Shown piece after piece: positions 53,144-63,450 of a DNA stretch of 64,000 nucleotides. A program made the position numbers and the translations under genes. The first letter of the stretch is position 1, and every line of letters starts with the position of its first letter. Under the pieces are notes generated by a model. That model made no database searches and had not been told where the DNA came from. It saw only the letters and a program-made list of their open reading frames with translations. This stretch comes from Vulcanimicrobiota bacterium. Its GTDB lineage: Bacteria; Vulcanimicrobiota; Vulcanimicrobiia; Vulcanimicrobiales; Vulcanimicrobiaceae. Where the stretch lies: positions 64,001 through 128,000 of the forward strand of contig CAWCIZ010000001.1 in the NCBI GenBank assembly GCA_963795855.1. Direction: 5' to 3'.

Positions 53144-54026
53144 TTATAGCGTCATCGTTGCGATCGTCAGCGGCGCAACGTAACCGCCGACTTCGATGCC
53201 GCCCACTCCCCGTTCGCTCGTCAGGCGTACGTGCAGCTCGCTGCGGCGTCCCATTTTCACACCCTGTTCGCTGATGAAGCGCGCGCCGTCGGACGTCGAC
53301 GGTGCCAAGCCGTATTCGATCATGAACGCCGCGAGCGGCCCGGTCGCGCTGCCCGTCGCCGGATCTTCGGGCACGCCGAGCGCCGGCGCGAACATACGCG
53401 AGTACGCGCCCGTCGCCACGGGTGCAAACACGAACGTGCAAATCGCATTCGGCTCGTCCGCAAAGAGCGCTGCAAGTGCCGCCGTGTCGGCTTGCGCGCG
53501 ATCCACTGTTGCAGCGTCGCGTACCGCGATGTAAACGTTGGGATTGCCCGCGCTCCAAATTTCGCACGGTACGCCGTCGATTAAGTCCGCGGGCTGCAGG
53601 CCGGCTGCGCGGGCGCAAGCCGCACCATCCAAACGCCGCCCTTTCGAAATCGGCGGCGTGCGCAGCCAGAGGAGCGGGTCGCTCGGGCTTTCGACACGTA
53701 CCGGCACCGCGCCGATTTTTTCTTCCAAAACGAAGTGCTGGGCGTCACGCGAGACCAATCCGAGCGTTCGTGCAACGTATGAGGCACCTACGGTCGGATG
53801 TCCGGCAAACGGCATTTCCTGCGCAGGGGTGAAGATGCGAACGCGCAGGTCGAACTGCGCGTTCGTAGGCGGGAAAAGAAAGACCGTCTCCGAGAGGTTG
53901 AGTTCTTTTGCTGAGCTGCTGCATCAGCCGTTCGTCGATGCCTTGCGCATCGATGAACACTGCGAGTGGGTTTCCCTCGAGCGGCACCTTGGTAAAGACG
54001 TCGACGACGTGATAGTGTAGTTCCAC
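53144..54026 (-). CDS. PhzF family isomerase (frameshift ~53905)
   Basis: VDVFT..GNPLAV, PFAGHPT, EDPATGSA. Confidence 0.9.
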
Positions 54027-54094
54027 ACGCTACGTTTCCGGGGAATTCCGCGTACGCCTTCGAAACTGCGTTCCTTGATCGATTGGAGATGCAC

Positions 54095-54448
54095 ATGGTA
54101 AAAGACTTGGCATTCGTCGCCTACTCCGTTCGCGACGTTCCCGCGGCGATTACGTTTTACCGCGACGTCGTCGGCTTGCAGCCGGGCGATATGTTCGGCG
54201 ATCATTGGGCCGAGTTCAACGTCGGCTCGGCAACGCTGGGAATCGGCAACGGCGAGCCGCTGGGATACGAACCGGGCAAATCGACCGGCGCCTCGTTCGA
54301 AGTCGACGACATCGCCGCGATGCGCGATCGCCTCGTGCAGCACGGCATCGAGGTCTCCGAGATTCAAAGTTTCCCGGGCTGCTCGGCTTGTTTCGCGGCA
54401 GATCCCGAGGGCAATAAGTTCGCTTTGCACCAGCGCAACGCCGGTTAG
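54095..54448 (+). CDS. VOC/glyoxalase family protein
   Basis: FYRDVVGL, FEVDDI, DPEGN. Confidence 0.9.
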   Translation: MVKDLAFVAYSVRDVPAAITFYRDVVGLQPGDMFGDHWAEFNVGSATLGIGNGEPLGYEPGKSTGASFEVDDIAAMRDRLVQHGIEVSEIQSFPGCSACFAADPEGNKFALHQRNAG

Positions 54449-54495
54449 TCTGGTTTCAAAAGGGCCGGACCGCACCTTCGCACAAGTAACGTGCG

Positions 54496-55563
54496 ATGGG
54501 TGTAGTGTACATGGTGCCGAGTCCGCTTATCGACGCGGCGATTGCGGTATTGGCGGACGGAAAACCTCGCACGGCGGACGAAATTCTCGCGATTGCGGTG
54601 GCACGCCGCTTATTGCCGGCCGCGATGACGCGAAAGCGCCTCTACACGGCGCTCTCGCAATACGTCGAGCGCGCAGTAGGCCGCGGCCGTAAGCCGCAAA
54701 TCGTCGAGGATGCGCAGCACCGCTTCAGTTTGAATCGCGCTCGCGACGATTGGCCCGATCTCGACCTCACGGGACTGGCGCCGCTTAGCGAAGCGCGCAC
54801 GCTTTCCGCCGGCGCACAAAAAGCGATCGACGCGCTGCGCCATGCGGCGTCGCAAACCGATCCGGCCGCGTTCGAAGTTGCCGTTTGCGATATGTTCGAC
54901 TGCCTCGGTTTCGCCGCGACGCACGTCGGCGGAAACGGACAGCCGGACGGGTATGCCGACGCACTGCTCGGTCCGCTCGCATATCGCATCATGATCGAGT
55001 GCAAACTCTCCGCCGACATCGGCGATTCGCACAGCGCAGCCGCAGCCGAAACGGCAAAGTTCAAAGACGCCTACCACGGAGACTATTGCGTACTGGTGGC
55101 CCCGTCGTTTGAAGGCGAGGTGACGTTCGCGAGCGAGCTGCAAGTGCACAACGTCAGCGCGTGGACCGTCGAGGATCTGACGAGCGCGGTTAAAGCGGAC
55201 TGCGGCGCGTTGGAAATGCGGGCGCTCCTCACCGCCGGCTTCGCGGAAGATGTGCTGGGCGATTTTCTGTGGCAGCGCGAGCACGGCCGCGCGAAACGCC
55301 TTCGAGTGGTGGCGTCCGTCATCGTCCGGGAAGCATTGCGGCAACAGCGCCTCGATCGAACTTTGGGAGACGCGGCACAGGCTCCGCATTTCACACTCGA
55401 CGTCGCGATGAGCGTCATCGACACGTTCCTTGGAATGAACGGCGCGAGCGCCGCATGCTCACGCGCCGAAGTCGAAGATGCGTTTGCGTGGCTGACCAGC
55501 GCCTATGTCGGCCGCGCGGTGTGGGTCGACGATGACAGAACGGCGATCGTCGTCAAACCATAG
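54496..55563 (+). CDS. Winged-HTH (HARE-HTH-like) plus PD-(D/E)xK restriction-endonuclease-like protein
   Basis: AAIAVLADGKPRTADEI; FEVAV..GF..PDG..IECK. Confidence 0.7.
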   Translation: MGVVYMVPSPLIDAAIAVLADGKPRTADEILAIAVARRLLPAAMTRKRLYTALSQYVERAVGRGRKPQIVEDAQHRFSLNRARDDWPDLDLTGLAPLSEARTLSAGAQKAIDALRHAASQTDPAAFEVAVCDMFDCLGFAATHVGGNGQPDGYADALLGPLAYRIMIECKLSADIGDSHSAAAAETAKFKDAYHGDYCVLVAPSFEGEVTFASELQVHNVSAWTVEDLTSAVKADCGALEMRALLTAGFAEDVLGDFLWQREHGRAKRLRVVASVIVREALRQQRLDRTLGDAAQAPHFTLDVAMSVIDTFLGMNGASAACSRAEVEDAFAWLTSAYVGRAVWVDDDRTAIVVKP

Positions 55564-55715
55564 GCGGCGGCCAGCGTCGCCTCGTCGTACGTTGCGTTGC
55601 CGCGCACGACGGAGATCGGGGCGGGCGATGCAATGTCGATCGCCGCGGCCAGTCGAAGCGGGTTGTCAACTAGTATTCTAAGTGACGCGTTGCACGCGTC
55701 CAGAACGAGGCGCGA

Positions 55716-56816
55716 TCAGTCGCTCACGCGTCCGATTTTTTCCGTTCCGATGTCGGTGAACCACAATGTCCGCACGGTGGCCGAAGAGGCGATACCGGCT
55801 GGGTGGCCGCCCGCGAACGGTAGCGTATATTCGGACATTACACCCGTAGTGGTGATTCGACCGATCTTATTCGCGTGCGCTTCGGTAAACCACAATGCGC
55901 CGTCCAGACCGCGGACGATTCCGACCGGCTGCGAATTTGCCGTTGGTATCGCATACTCGTGTAGATGCCCCGGAACGAAGCGACCGATAGCGTTTCGTCC
56001 ATTATCGGTGAACCACAGCGCTGCGTCGGGCCCTTCAGTCATGCCATGAATATTCGACGGCGCGGTAAGAACCGCCACGCTGGTGAACCCCGAGAGTGTC
56101 GTTGCGTTGATCTTGTAGATTCGCACGCCGGTCTGCGCGCCGTGACTATAATTTTCCGCGCCTGCTACGTAGAGGTACCCACCGAGGTAGGTGATGGCCT
56201 CACCGGCTTCATAGTTTTGGGTGCGGACTGCGTCGCCGCCCGTGTTGGAAATCACGTACAGGCATTCAGTACATCCGGGTGGTCCGAGTGCGTCGTACGA
56301 GCCTGTGGCGTATACGGCCGACGGACCTGCGGCGATCGCCTGCATCGTCCCGGTATCGGGAGACGAAACCTGATTGCCGCCTGTGAGCGATACGTGATGC
56401 GTGTAGCTGATCTGGTAGATATCGTTCTCGTCGTTAAAGCCGTTCTGTTCGACGTATTGGACGCCGCCGTAGACTCCCGAAGAGAGCGCTGCCAGAATGT
56501 GTTCCGCGCCCTGCGACATGTAGTTGAACTGCGGCAGGTTCACGTAAACCGACGAGAACGAACCGTTGAAAAATCGTCCGACGTACGAATTGTTTTGCGT
56601 AAACCACACCGCGTCGTCGTGACCGAACGCGATTCCAGCGGTGACGCCGTTCGCCGGCGGCTTGTATTCGTTGAATACCGGCGAGGTTAGCGGCGAGAGC
56701 ATGCTTTCTGCCGCCGGCCTTTGTTCCGGCAAAACGGATGGCGCTCGGGAACCGCCGCAGCCTGAAGACACCATCGCGAACAGAAGAAGGGACGCAGAAG
56801 CAATGCGTGTTCTCAT
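55716..56816 (-). CDS. Vgb-like beta-propeller lipoprotein
   Basis: SSGC lipobox; repeated GPD/GLD-ALWFT..N.IGR. Confidence 0.8.
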   Translation of the reverse strand: MRTRIASASLLLFAMVSSGCGGSRAPSVLPEQRPAAESMLSPLTSPVFNEYKPPANGVTAGIAFGHDDAVWFTQNNSYVGRFFNGSFSSVYVNLPQFNYMSQGAEHILAALSSGVYGGVQYVEQNGFNDENDIYQISYTHHVSLTGGNQVSSPDTGTMQAIAAGPSAVYATGSYDALGPPGCTECLYVISNTGGDAVRTQNYEAGEAITYLGGYLYVAGAENYSHGAQTGVRIYKINATTLSGFTSVAVLTAPSNIHGMTEGPDAALWFTDNGRNAIGRFVPGHLHEYAIPTANSQPVGIVRGLDGALWFTEAHANKIGRITTTGVMSEYTLPFAGGHPAGIASSATVRTLWFTDIGTEKIGRVSD

Positions 56817-56954
56817 CACCCGCACCTCACAAAAGAAAAATGTATGCCCAGCTCCATTGCTACGCCGTGCCGAAAAAAATGTAAATGGGCTAAGCGACCC
56901 CAAACGTAAATCATCGGCGCGGGCCGCTCTTACAAGCTGCTTTGCAACCGTACG

Positions 56955-57542
56955 TTAGGCCGAAGAAACGGCGAGCGAGAAATCGATGCGGAACAGCCGC
57001 TCGACGTACTCGTACATCCGCGGATCGATGCGCTGGAGCCGCGATCGCGTCGCGCGCGGCCAGAATGATGCTGGATCGTTCGCCTCGACGTACGCGCGAA
57101 CGCTTTCGGCGAAGTACTCATCGCTGCCCGTTGCCGCATACGGCGTGACGAACGCGTTCGCTTCTGCGAAGAGGCGGCGAAGCTGCGGATCGACGCTGGA
57201 ACGGTACACGCCTCCGCCCAGCGCGCAATCGAGTGCGTGTCCGAATTCGTGTGCCACCGTCATCGGACTGCGGGAGCGCAAATACACCGTACGCTCTTCT
57301 ACGACGAAGAGTCCGGCGGGCGGCGCGGGCCACGCGTCAACGTCCACTCCGAGCCGTTTGAGTGCGGGCGATACATCGTCGTACCGCTGCTCGCGCGCGA
57401 GCGGAACGATGCGCGTTCCGCACCGCAGCGCAAATGCAAGCGCGCAGTCTCCGAAGCGCCGCAGGGTCCGAATGATTTCCGGATGCTCTGCCGGCGTGCC
57501 GCCGGTGAGGGCGCAGGCGGCGTCTTGCGTGGACTCGTGCAT
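56955..57542 (-). CDS. ATLF/Pro-Pro endopeptidase-like zinc metallopeptidase
   Basis: HEFGHALD and DEYFAES. Confidence 0.75.
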   Translation of the reverse strand: MHESTQDAACALTGGTPAEHPEIIRTLRRFGDCALAFALRCGTRIVPLAREQRYDDVSPALKRLGVDVDAWPAPPAGLFVVEERTVYLRSRSPMTVAHEFGHALDCALGGGVYRSSVDPQLRRLFAEANAFVTPYAATGSDEYFAESVRAYVEANDPASFWPRATRSRLQRIDPRMYEYVERLFRIDFSLAVSSA

Positions 57543-57633
57543 CGCACGAGGCTCTCACTGTAGTGTTGCGGCGGAATTGCGCCCGGATTGCCCGGTCGTG
57601 TGCTAGAGTGTTAGATCTAAAAGGAGCCGCGTT

Positions 57634-58200
57634 ATGGAATGGCTGCACGATTTAGACGCCGCGCTCGAACGCGCGAAACGGGATTCGAAGTTTGTTTTGC
57701 TCGACGTGTTCAACCCCGGTTGAGGGGGATGCCAAGCGCTGGATACCGTGACGTATCCGCAAGCACCGGTAAGGGACGCAATCGCGCGGTACGCCATTCC
57801 GGTTCAATTCAATAACGCCGAGGAACGGAACGCGAGCGTGCTCGCTCGCATCCATCACATTTGGACGCCCGACGTCCGCGTAATGGCGGGCGACGGTTCG
57901 GAACTCTACCGCTTCGATGGGTTTTTGCCGCCGCCGGAATTTATTGCACGCGTAACGTGCGCATTTGCGTACGCGCTGCTCCGGCTGCGCAAATACGACG
58001 AGGCGGAAGCGGCGTACGTCGACGTGCTCAGCCGCTTTTCAACCTCGTACGCTGCACCCGAAGCGCAGTATTACCTGGGCGTAACGCGCTACCGCCGCGA
58101 TCCGGAAAGTGACGAATTGCTCACGCAATGGGACAAACTGCGATCGCGGTATCCGGCGAGCGAATACCGCGTCAAGCAGTCGTTCAAAGAGCTTCCCTAG
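57634..58200 (+). CDS. Thioredoxin-fold plus TPR selenoprotein (UxxC)
   Basis: AAGGAG RBS, ATG 57634, in-frame TGA 57721 in FNPG-U-GG-C, frame continues into the 57748..58200 ORF. Confidence 0.85.
57735..57762 (+). promoter_or_regulatory. Bacterial SECIS-like hairpin
   Basis: ggatac-cgtgac-gtatcc; loop starts 23 nt after UGA, with G at loop position 2. Confidence 0.65.
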
Positions 58201-59729
58201 GTGCAGCCGTTGGTCGTCAGCAGTACGTAGCCGTCCGTTCCCGTTAAGTGGAGCGGGTTTGTGACCGCGCGCCCCTCGAGGTCGTGATACGCGTGGTTCG
58301 CCGGCAGCGAAACGCTGTACGAACTGCTGTTTGCGTTCACCACGACCATGCCGCCGTTGAATCTGCGCTGGTACACGTTCGGCGCGATTTGCGCGTACGC
58401 GCCGCACGGCGCGCCGTACGTAGCCGTGAAGTCCGGCCGGTACGAGTACCATTCTCCCGTCTGCGGGGAAACGTAGACATCTTCGCCGCCCTCGTTGATC
58501 AACGCGTACGTCGCGAGCGACCAGTCGATTTGCGGCGCTGGAATCGCATTGGGATCGGTGGGGCACGGTGCGTTTCCGTTGAACGGCTGCGTGCCGCCGC
58601 GGCTCGAGCACAAGTAGTCCGTTATCAAGAACGCGACGTGGTGCTGCTGGGCATACTCACCCCACTCGATTGCGAAATTGACGATGCCGCTGCCGGCCGT
58701 TTGATATTTGCCGTAGTCGGTGAAGCCTTGTTCGAAGAGCATACCGTCGGCGTTCGCGAGCATTTGCTGCTCGTTCGGATCCGTCGGCGCATTGTAGAGC
58801 GGGTGATTGATGATCAGTTTGAGGCCGTTGTTGTGCAACTGCTGGCTGACCGCGTGCGTCCAGTTGATCATTGCGGTGATGAACGCCGGATCGTTGCCCG
58901 GCCCGAACAGGCGATGAAAGTTGCCGCTCGTGTCGTATGTGCCGCATCCGTAGTCGCCGCTGACGATCGGTTGCCCGAATTCCGGGTTCCCGCCCTTCAG
59001 GTAGTTGAGCAAGTCGGTGTTGTCGACCGCGAGCGCGTTATATCCGTTCGCTTTCAGATACGGAATCATCAACCCCATCTGATAGTTGATGACGCTGGGG
59101 TTCGTAAAGTCGAGCGGCACTTCAGGGAAGCCCGACGTCGACCACGCCAGCATCTTCGTCGGATTTCCGCCGGAATCGCAGGCGTAGAGAATCCAATCCG
59201 GATGATTGCTCTGCCACCAAGAGAGATTGTGTCCCGAAACGGTATTGTCGTCGTCCACCGGCAGCATGTAGCGTGAAACGATCATGCCGGAATGCGCCGC
59301 GTCCCACGTTCCGGGATTGAACGCACCCCACACCGCGTCTTCGTGCGGCGCTTCGCTGTCGATTTGCGCATTGCTGAGCGGAGCGTGATTCGGGTTGCCG
59401 TCCCAGTCGAAGACTTGGAACAAGCCGAAGCGTCCCGTCGTGTCGGGCAACATCGTGATGCCGCGCCCGGCGGGCGTTGCCGTCGGAATCGGCGTCGGCG
59501 TTTGCATCGGCGTGGCGGTCTGCACGGGGGTCGCCGTAGCTTTGGGCGTGCTCGTTCCAACCGGTGTCGCGGTTGCTCCGGGCGATGAGGTTGGCGGTGG
59601 GCTTCCGCCGCCGCCCGGTGACGGTATCGACGGCGTGCCGCCGCCTCCGCCTCCGCATGCCGTGAGCGAAATGATGAACACGGCGCACGCCGCGGCCGCG
59701 ATATGGCGGGACAGTGTAAGCTTCAGCAC
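58197..59729 (-). CDS. Lipoprotein, putative glycoside hydrolase with Pro/Thr linker
   Basis: LTAC lipobox, TATP repeats, HPDWIL, DFTNP, GYNALAVDN. Confidence 0.65.
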   Translation of the reverse strand: MLKLTLSRHIAAAACAVFIISLTACGGGGGGTPSIPSPGGGGSPPPTSSPGATATPVGTSTPKATATPVQTATPMQTPTPIPTATPAGRGITMLPDTTGRFGLFQVFDWDGNPNHAPLSNAQIDSEAPHEDAVWGAFNPGTWDAAHSGMIVSRYMLPVDDDNTVSGHNLSWWQSNHPDWILYACDSGGNPTKMLAWSTSGFPEVPLDFTNPSVINYQMGLMIPYLKANGYNALAVDNTDLLNYLKGGNPEFGQPIVSGDYGCGTYDTSGNFHRLFGPGNDPAFITAMINWTHAVSQQLHNNGLKLIINHPLYNAPTDPNEQQMLANADGMLFEQGFTDYGKYQTAGSGIVNFAIEWGEYAQQHHVAFLITDYLCSSRGGTQPFNGNAPCPTDPNAIPAPQIDWSLATYALINEGGEDVYVSPQTGEWYSYRPDFTATYGAPCGAYAQIAPNVYQRRFNGGMVVVNANSSSYSVSLPANHAYHDLEGRAVTNPLHLTGTDGYVLLTTNGCT

Positions 59730-59869
59730 GGAGTACCCCTTTTGTTGCGCTTTGAAGTATAAGCGCGCAAGACCCAATTCAGAACGGACGTTCGGACCCG
59801 GAGTCCCGGGCTTTTGCGCTAAGTCATTGTGTCCGCAGCCCTCTACGGGGGTATAGATTTTTGGGGAGG

Positions 59870-61183
59870 GTGCCCACGATCGAGGAACGGTTTGCTTCCG
59901 CGGATCCGCATGCACGCATCGCTGCGGCGGTTTTGCGTTCGGTTTTCGGCGATGCCTACGCACGGCGCTTCGCGATACGGCTCTGGGAAGGGACGCTGAT
60001 TCCCGCGCAGCAGCAGCCCGATTTCACGCTGCTCGTCAATCACCCGGGAGCGCTCCGCACGGCGTTTCGCCCGCCCGTCGATTTGAATGCCGGGCGAGCT
60101 TTTGCCGCTGGGCTGCTCGACGTCGAAGGCGACGTCGAGGCGGCGATTGACGCGATGATGGCTGTGATGCAGCGGCCGGCCATGGGAACGGTGGCGCGTC
60201 TGGGGATGCTGCTCCGGCGCCTGCCCACGGCTCCGCTGCCGGACCTGCGCGAAGCGCACTTGCGCGGCAAACGTCATTCCCTGGCACGGGATCGCGCCGC
60301 GATCGGCTTTCATTACGATCAGCCCGTTCCGTTCTATCGAACGTTTCTGGGCGGGACGCTCGTGTATTCGTGCGCCTATTTCGACGAGGGCGTCGAGACG
60401 ATTGAAGAAGCGCAAACGGCGAAGATCGATCACTCGCTGCGAAAATTGCGATTGCGCCCCGGTGAACGTCTGCTCGACATCGGCTGCGGATGGGGCGCGC
60501 TGGTGGTGCGCGCGGCGCAGGAGTTCGGCGCATATGTTTTAGGCGTGACCCTCAGCGAAAAGCAGTGCGGCGAAGCCGGCGGGCGCATTTCGGCGGCCGG
60601 CGTGAGCGATCGTGCAAGGGTCGAGTGTTGGGATTACCGGCAGCTTCCCGCCACCACGTTCGACAAGATCGTCAGCATCGGCATGTTCGAACACGTCGGA
60701 CGCGAGAAATTGCCCGAGTACTTTTCGACGGCGCATAAGCTGCTCAAAGACGGCGGACTCTTTTTGAATCACGGCATCGCCAATCAGCATCGAACGCAGC
60801 GCGACGGCCGCTCGTCCGGGTTCATGGATCGCTTCATCTTTCCGGACGGCGAACTCGTGAATGTGAGCGACGCGCTGCAATTCGCGGAACGCGCCGGATT
60901 CGAAGTTCGCGACGTCGAGAATCTGCGCGAGCACTACGCGCGTACGCTGCGCTTGTGGGTGCAAAGCCTCGATCGCAATCGCGATGCGGCAATCGCAGTT
61001 GCCGGAGAACAGACGTACCGCGCCTGGCGCCTCTACATGGCCGGAAGCGCGCAAGGATTCCGCACCGGACGCATGGGGCTGTTTCAGTCGCTGCTGGCCA
61101 AACCGCTGCCGAGCGGCGCCGTGCCGGAGGTTCCGCCGACGCGCCGCGACTTGTACGCAGAAGGCGGCGTCCGCGTGGGCTAA
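59870..61183 (+). CDS. cfa: Cyclopropane-fatty-acyl-phospholipid synthase
   Basis: FHYD, YSCAYF, LDIGCGWG, SIGMFEHVG, HYARTL. Confidence 0.93.
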   Translation: MPTIEERFASADPHARIAAAVLRSVFGDAYARRFAIRLWEGTLIPAQQQPDFTLLVNHPGALRTAFRPPVDLNAGRAFAAGLLDVEGDVEAAIDAMMAVMQRPAMGTVARLGMLLRRLPTAPLPDLREAHLRGKRHSLARDRAAIGFHYDQPVPFYRTFLGGTLVYSCAYFDEGVETIEEAQTAKIDHSLRKLRLRPGERLLDIGCGWGALVVRAAQEFGAYVLGVTLSEKQCGEAGGRISAAGVSDRARVECWDYRQLPATTFDKIVSIGMFEHVGREKLPEYFSTAHKLLKDGGLFLNHGIANQHRTQRDGRSSGFMDRFIFPDGELVNVSDALQFAERAGFEVRDVENLREHYARTLRLWVQSLDRNRDAAIAVAGEQTYRAWRLYMAGSAQGFRTGRMGLFQSLLAKPLPSGAVPEVPPTRRDLYAEGGVRVG

Positions 61184-61229
61184 ACCGGCCCTTGCGCTTT
61201 GTTCAAGCCGTGCTATATTAATTTTATAA

Positions 61230-61637
61230 ATGCGCGGATCGACAAGTGCGATGCCTTCGCGGGCTGCCGACGAGGTGCTCCGAGGGCCGGTCAAGTCGAA
61301 AACGGTTCTGCCGGTACTCGTCCTGCACTTGCTCGACAAGCAGGCCGGCCATGGCTTGGCCGTCATGCAGCGTATCGAAACCGCCTGCGGCGGGCTCCTC
61401 GCAGTCAACACGAACACCGTCTATCCGCTGCTGCGACGGCTGGAAGAGCGCGGCTTCGTCGTCGGCGAGTGGGATCACCCGACCAAACGGGCGCGGCGAC
61501 TCTACCGCATCACGCCCGCCGGCCGCGAACGCCTGGCGCGCATCAAAACGAACATGCTTCCGTACCTGGAAATGCTTTCCGATTCGCTCGAGCGGCTGCG
61601 CCGCGAACTGTACGAGAAAGAGCACATTCATGAGTAA
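61230..61637 (+). CDS. PadR family transcriptional regulator
   Basis: TVYPLLRRLEERG, RRLYRITPAGR. Confidence 0.9.
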   Translation: MRGSTSAMPSRAADEVLRGPVKSKTVLPVLVLHLLDKQAGHGLAVMQRIETACGGLLAVNTNTVYPLLRRLEERGFVVGEWDHPTKRARRLYRITPAGRERLARIKTNMLPYLEMLSDSLERLRRELYEKEHIHE

Positions 61638-63450
61638 TTACCAAGCGCCGCTGCGCGACATGCTGTTCGTCCTGCGCGAACTCGCCGGACTGGAAGACAT
61701 TGCGAAACTTCCCGGATGCGAGGAAGTGCTCGACGTCGCCGAGCCGATTCTCGAAGAAGCGGCCGCGTTCGCGAGCGGCGTGCTCGATCCGATCAATCAA
61801 TCCGGCGACAAGGAAGGCTGCACGTGGAAAGACGGCAACGTCACCACGCCCAAAGGCTATAAAGAAGCGTACGCGCAGTTCGCGAAGGCCGGCTGGATCG
61901 GTTTGCCCGTTCCGGACGAATACGGCGGACAGGGGCTTCCCTCGCTGATGCTCGGACCGACGCTGGAAATGTGGAACGCGGCGAACGTCGGCTTCGCGAA
62001 CGGCCCGCTGCTCAATCAAGGTGCGATCGAGGCGATCGAACTCGTCGGCTCCGACGAGCAGAAGCATCTCTACATTCCGAAATTGGTCGACGGTACGTGG
62101 ACCGGCACGATGTGTTTGACCGAACCGCAAGCCGGTTCCGATCTCGCGCAGGTCCGCACCAAGGCGGTTCCCAGCGGCGACCATTACCTGCTGTCGGGTC
62201 AGAAGATTTTCATCACGTTCGGCGAGCACGACATGGCCGAAAATATCGTGCACTTGGTGCTCGCGCGCCTTCCCGGCGCGCCTGAAGGTACCAAAGGCAT
62301 TTCGCTCTTCATCGTGCCGAAATTCGTCGTGAATTCGGACGGATCGCTCGGCAAGCGCAACGACATGGTTTGCGCGGGAATCGAACACAAGATGGGAATC
62401 AACGGCAACCCGACGTGCACCATGAATTTGGGTGAGAACGGCGGCGCCGTCGGCTATTTGGTCGGCCAGCCGAACGAAGGCCTCAAGTACATGTTCGTCA
62501 TGATGAACGCGGCGCGGTTTTCCGTCGGCGTTCAGGGCATGGCGATTGCCGATCGCGCATATCAAAGCGCGCTGCAGTACGCAAAGGAACGCGTGCAGTT
62601 CCGCGACGTCGCCTCGCGCTCGCCCGAGCCCAAGCGCATCATAGAGCACCCGGACGTGCGCCGCATGCTGATGTCGATGAAGTCGCAGATCGAAGCGATG
62701 CGCGCGCTCTCCTACGTGACGGCGGCCGCGATAGACATGGCAAATCGCCATCCGGACGAAAAAGTGCGCAAAGAGAACAAGGCGTTCGTCGATTTAATGA
62801 TTCCGGTCGTAAAAGGCTGGTGCACGGAAACCGCTATCGACGTGTGTTCCACCGCGGTGCAAGTCTTCGGCGGCATCGGCTACGTCGAAGAAACCGGAAT
62901 CGCGCAGCAATACCGCGACGTGCGCATTACCACAATCTACGAGGGTACGACCGGCATTCAGGCGCTCGACTTGGTCGGACGCAAACTCGCTCAGGACATG
63001 GGCGCGACCGCGACGCGCGTAATCGGAACGATGCAGAAAGTCGTCAAGGATCTCGAAGCATCAGACGACGAGGACGTGAAAGCGCTCGCGACCCCGCTTT
63101 CCGAAGCGATCGGCGCGCTGGCCGAAACCTCGCAATTCATCGGCATGTCGGCCATGGGCGATCTGCGCAAAGCCGTCGCATGCAGCGTTCCGTACTTGAA
63201 GCTCTGGGGCGTGACCGCCGGCGGTTGGCAGATGGCGCGCGCGGCACTGGCGGCGGCGAAAAAGGTTGGCGCCGGAGATGCAGACGCGGAGTTCTACAAA
63301 GCGAAGATCGCGACGGCGCGCTTTTACGCCTCGCACGTCCTCACGCAGAGCGCGTATCTGAAGCGGCAGATCGTCGACGGCTCGGGCGACGTCATGACGC
63401 TCACCGAAGCTCAATTCGACCTCGATCGCAAATCCGCCGTGGTTGCATGA
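61630..63450 (+). CDS. Acyl-CoA dehydrogenase
   Basis: MCLTEPQAGSDL, GQKIFIT, GGIGY, IYEGTTGIQA. Confidence 0.96.
   Translation: MSNYQAPLRDMLFVLRELAGLEDIAKLPGCEEVLDVAEPILEEAAAFASGVLDPINQSGDKEGCTWKDGNVTTPKGYKEAYAQFAKAGWIGLPVPDEYGGQGLPSLMLGPTLEMWNAANVGFANGPLLNQGAIEAIELVGSDEQKHLYIPKLVDGTWTGTMCLTEPQAGSDLAQVRTKAVPSGDHYLLSGQKIFITFGEHDMAENIVHLVLARLPGAPEGTKGISLFIVPKFVVNSDGSLGKRNDMVCAGIEHKMGINGNPTCTMNLGENGGAVGYLVGQPNEGLKYMFVMMNAARFSVGVQGMAIADRAYQSALQYAKERVQFRDVASRSPEPKRIIEHPDVRRMLMSMKSQIEAMRALSYVTAAAIDMANRHPDEKVRKENKAFVDLMIPVVKGWCTETAIDVCSTAVQVFGGIGYVEETGIAQQYRDVRITTIYEGTTGIQALDLVGRKLAQDMGATATRVIGTMQKVVKDLEASDDEDVKALATPLSEAIGALAETSQFIGMSAMGDLRKAVACSVPYLKLWGVTAGGWQMARAALAAAKKVGAGDADAEFYKAKIATARFYASHVLTQSAYLKRQIVDGSGDVMTLTEAQFDLDRKSAVVA

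Noticed and set aside
59730..59865. Riboswitch upstream of the glycoside-hydrolase-like gene
   Set aside because: Only short hairpins, with no convincing match to a known aptamer
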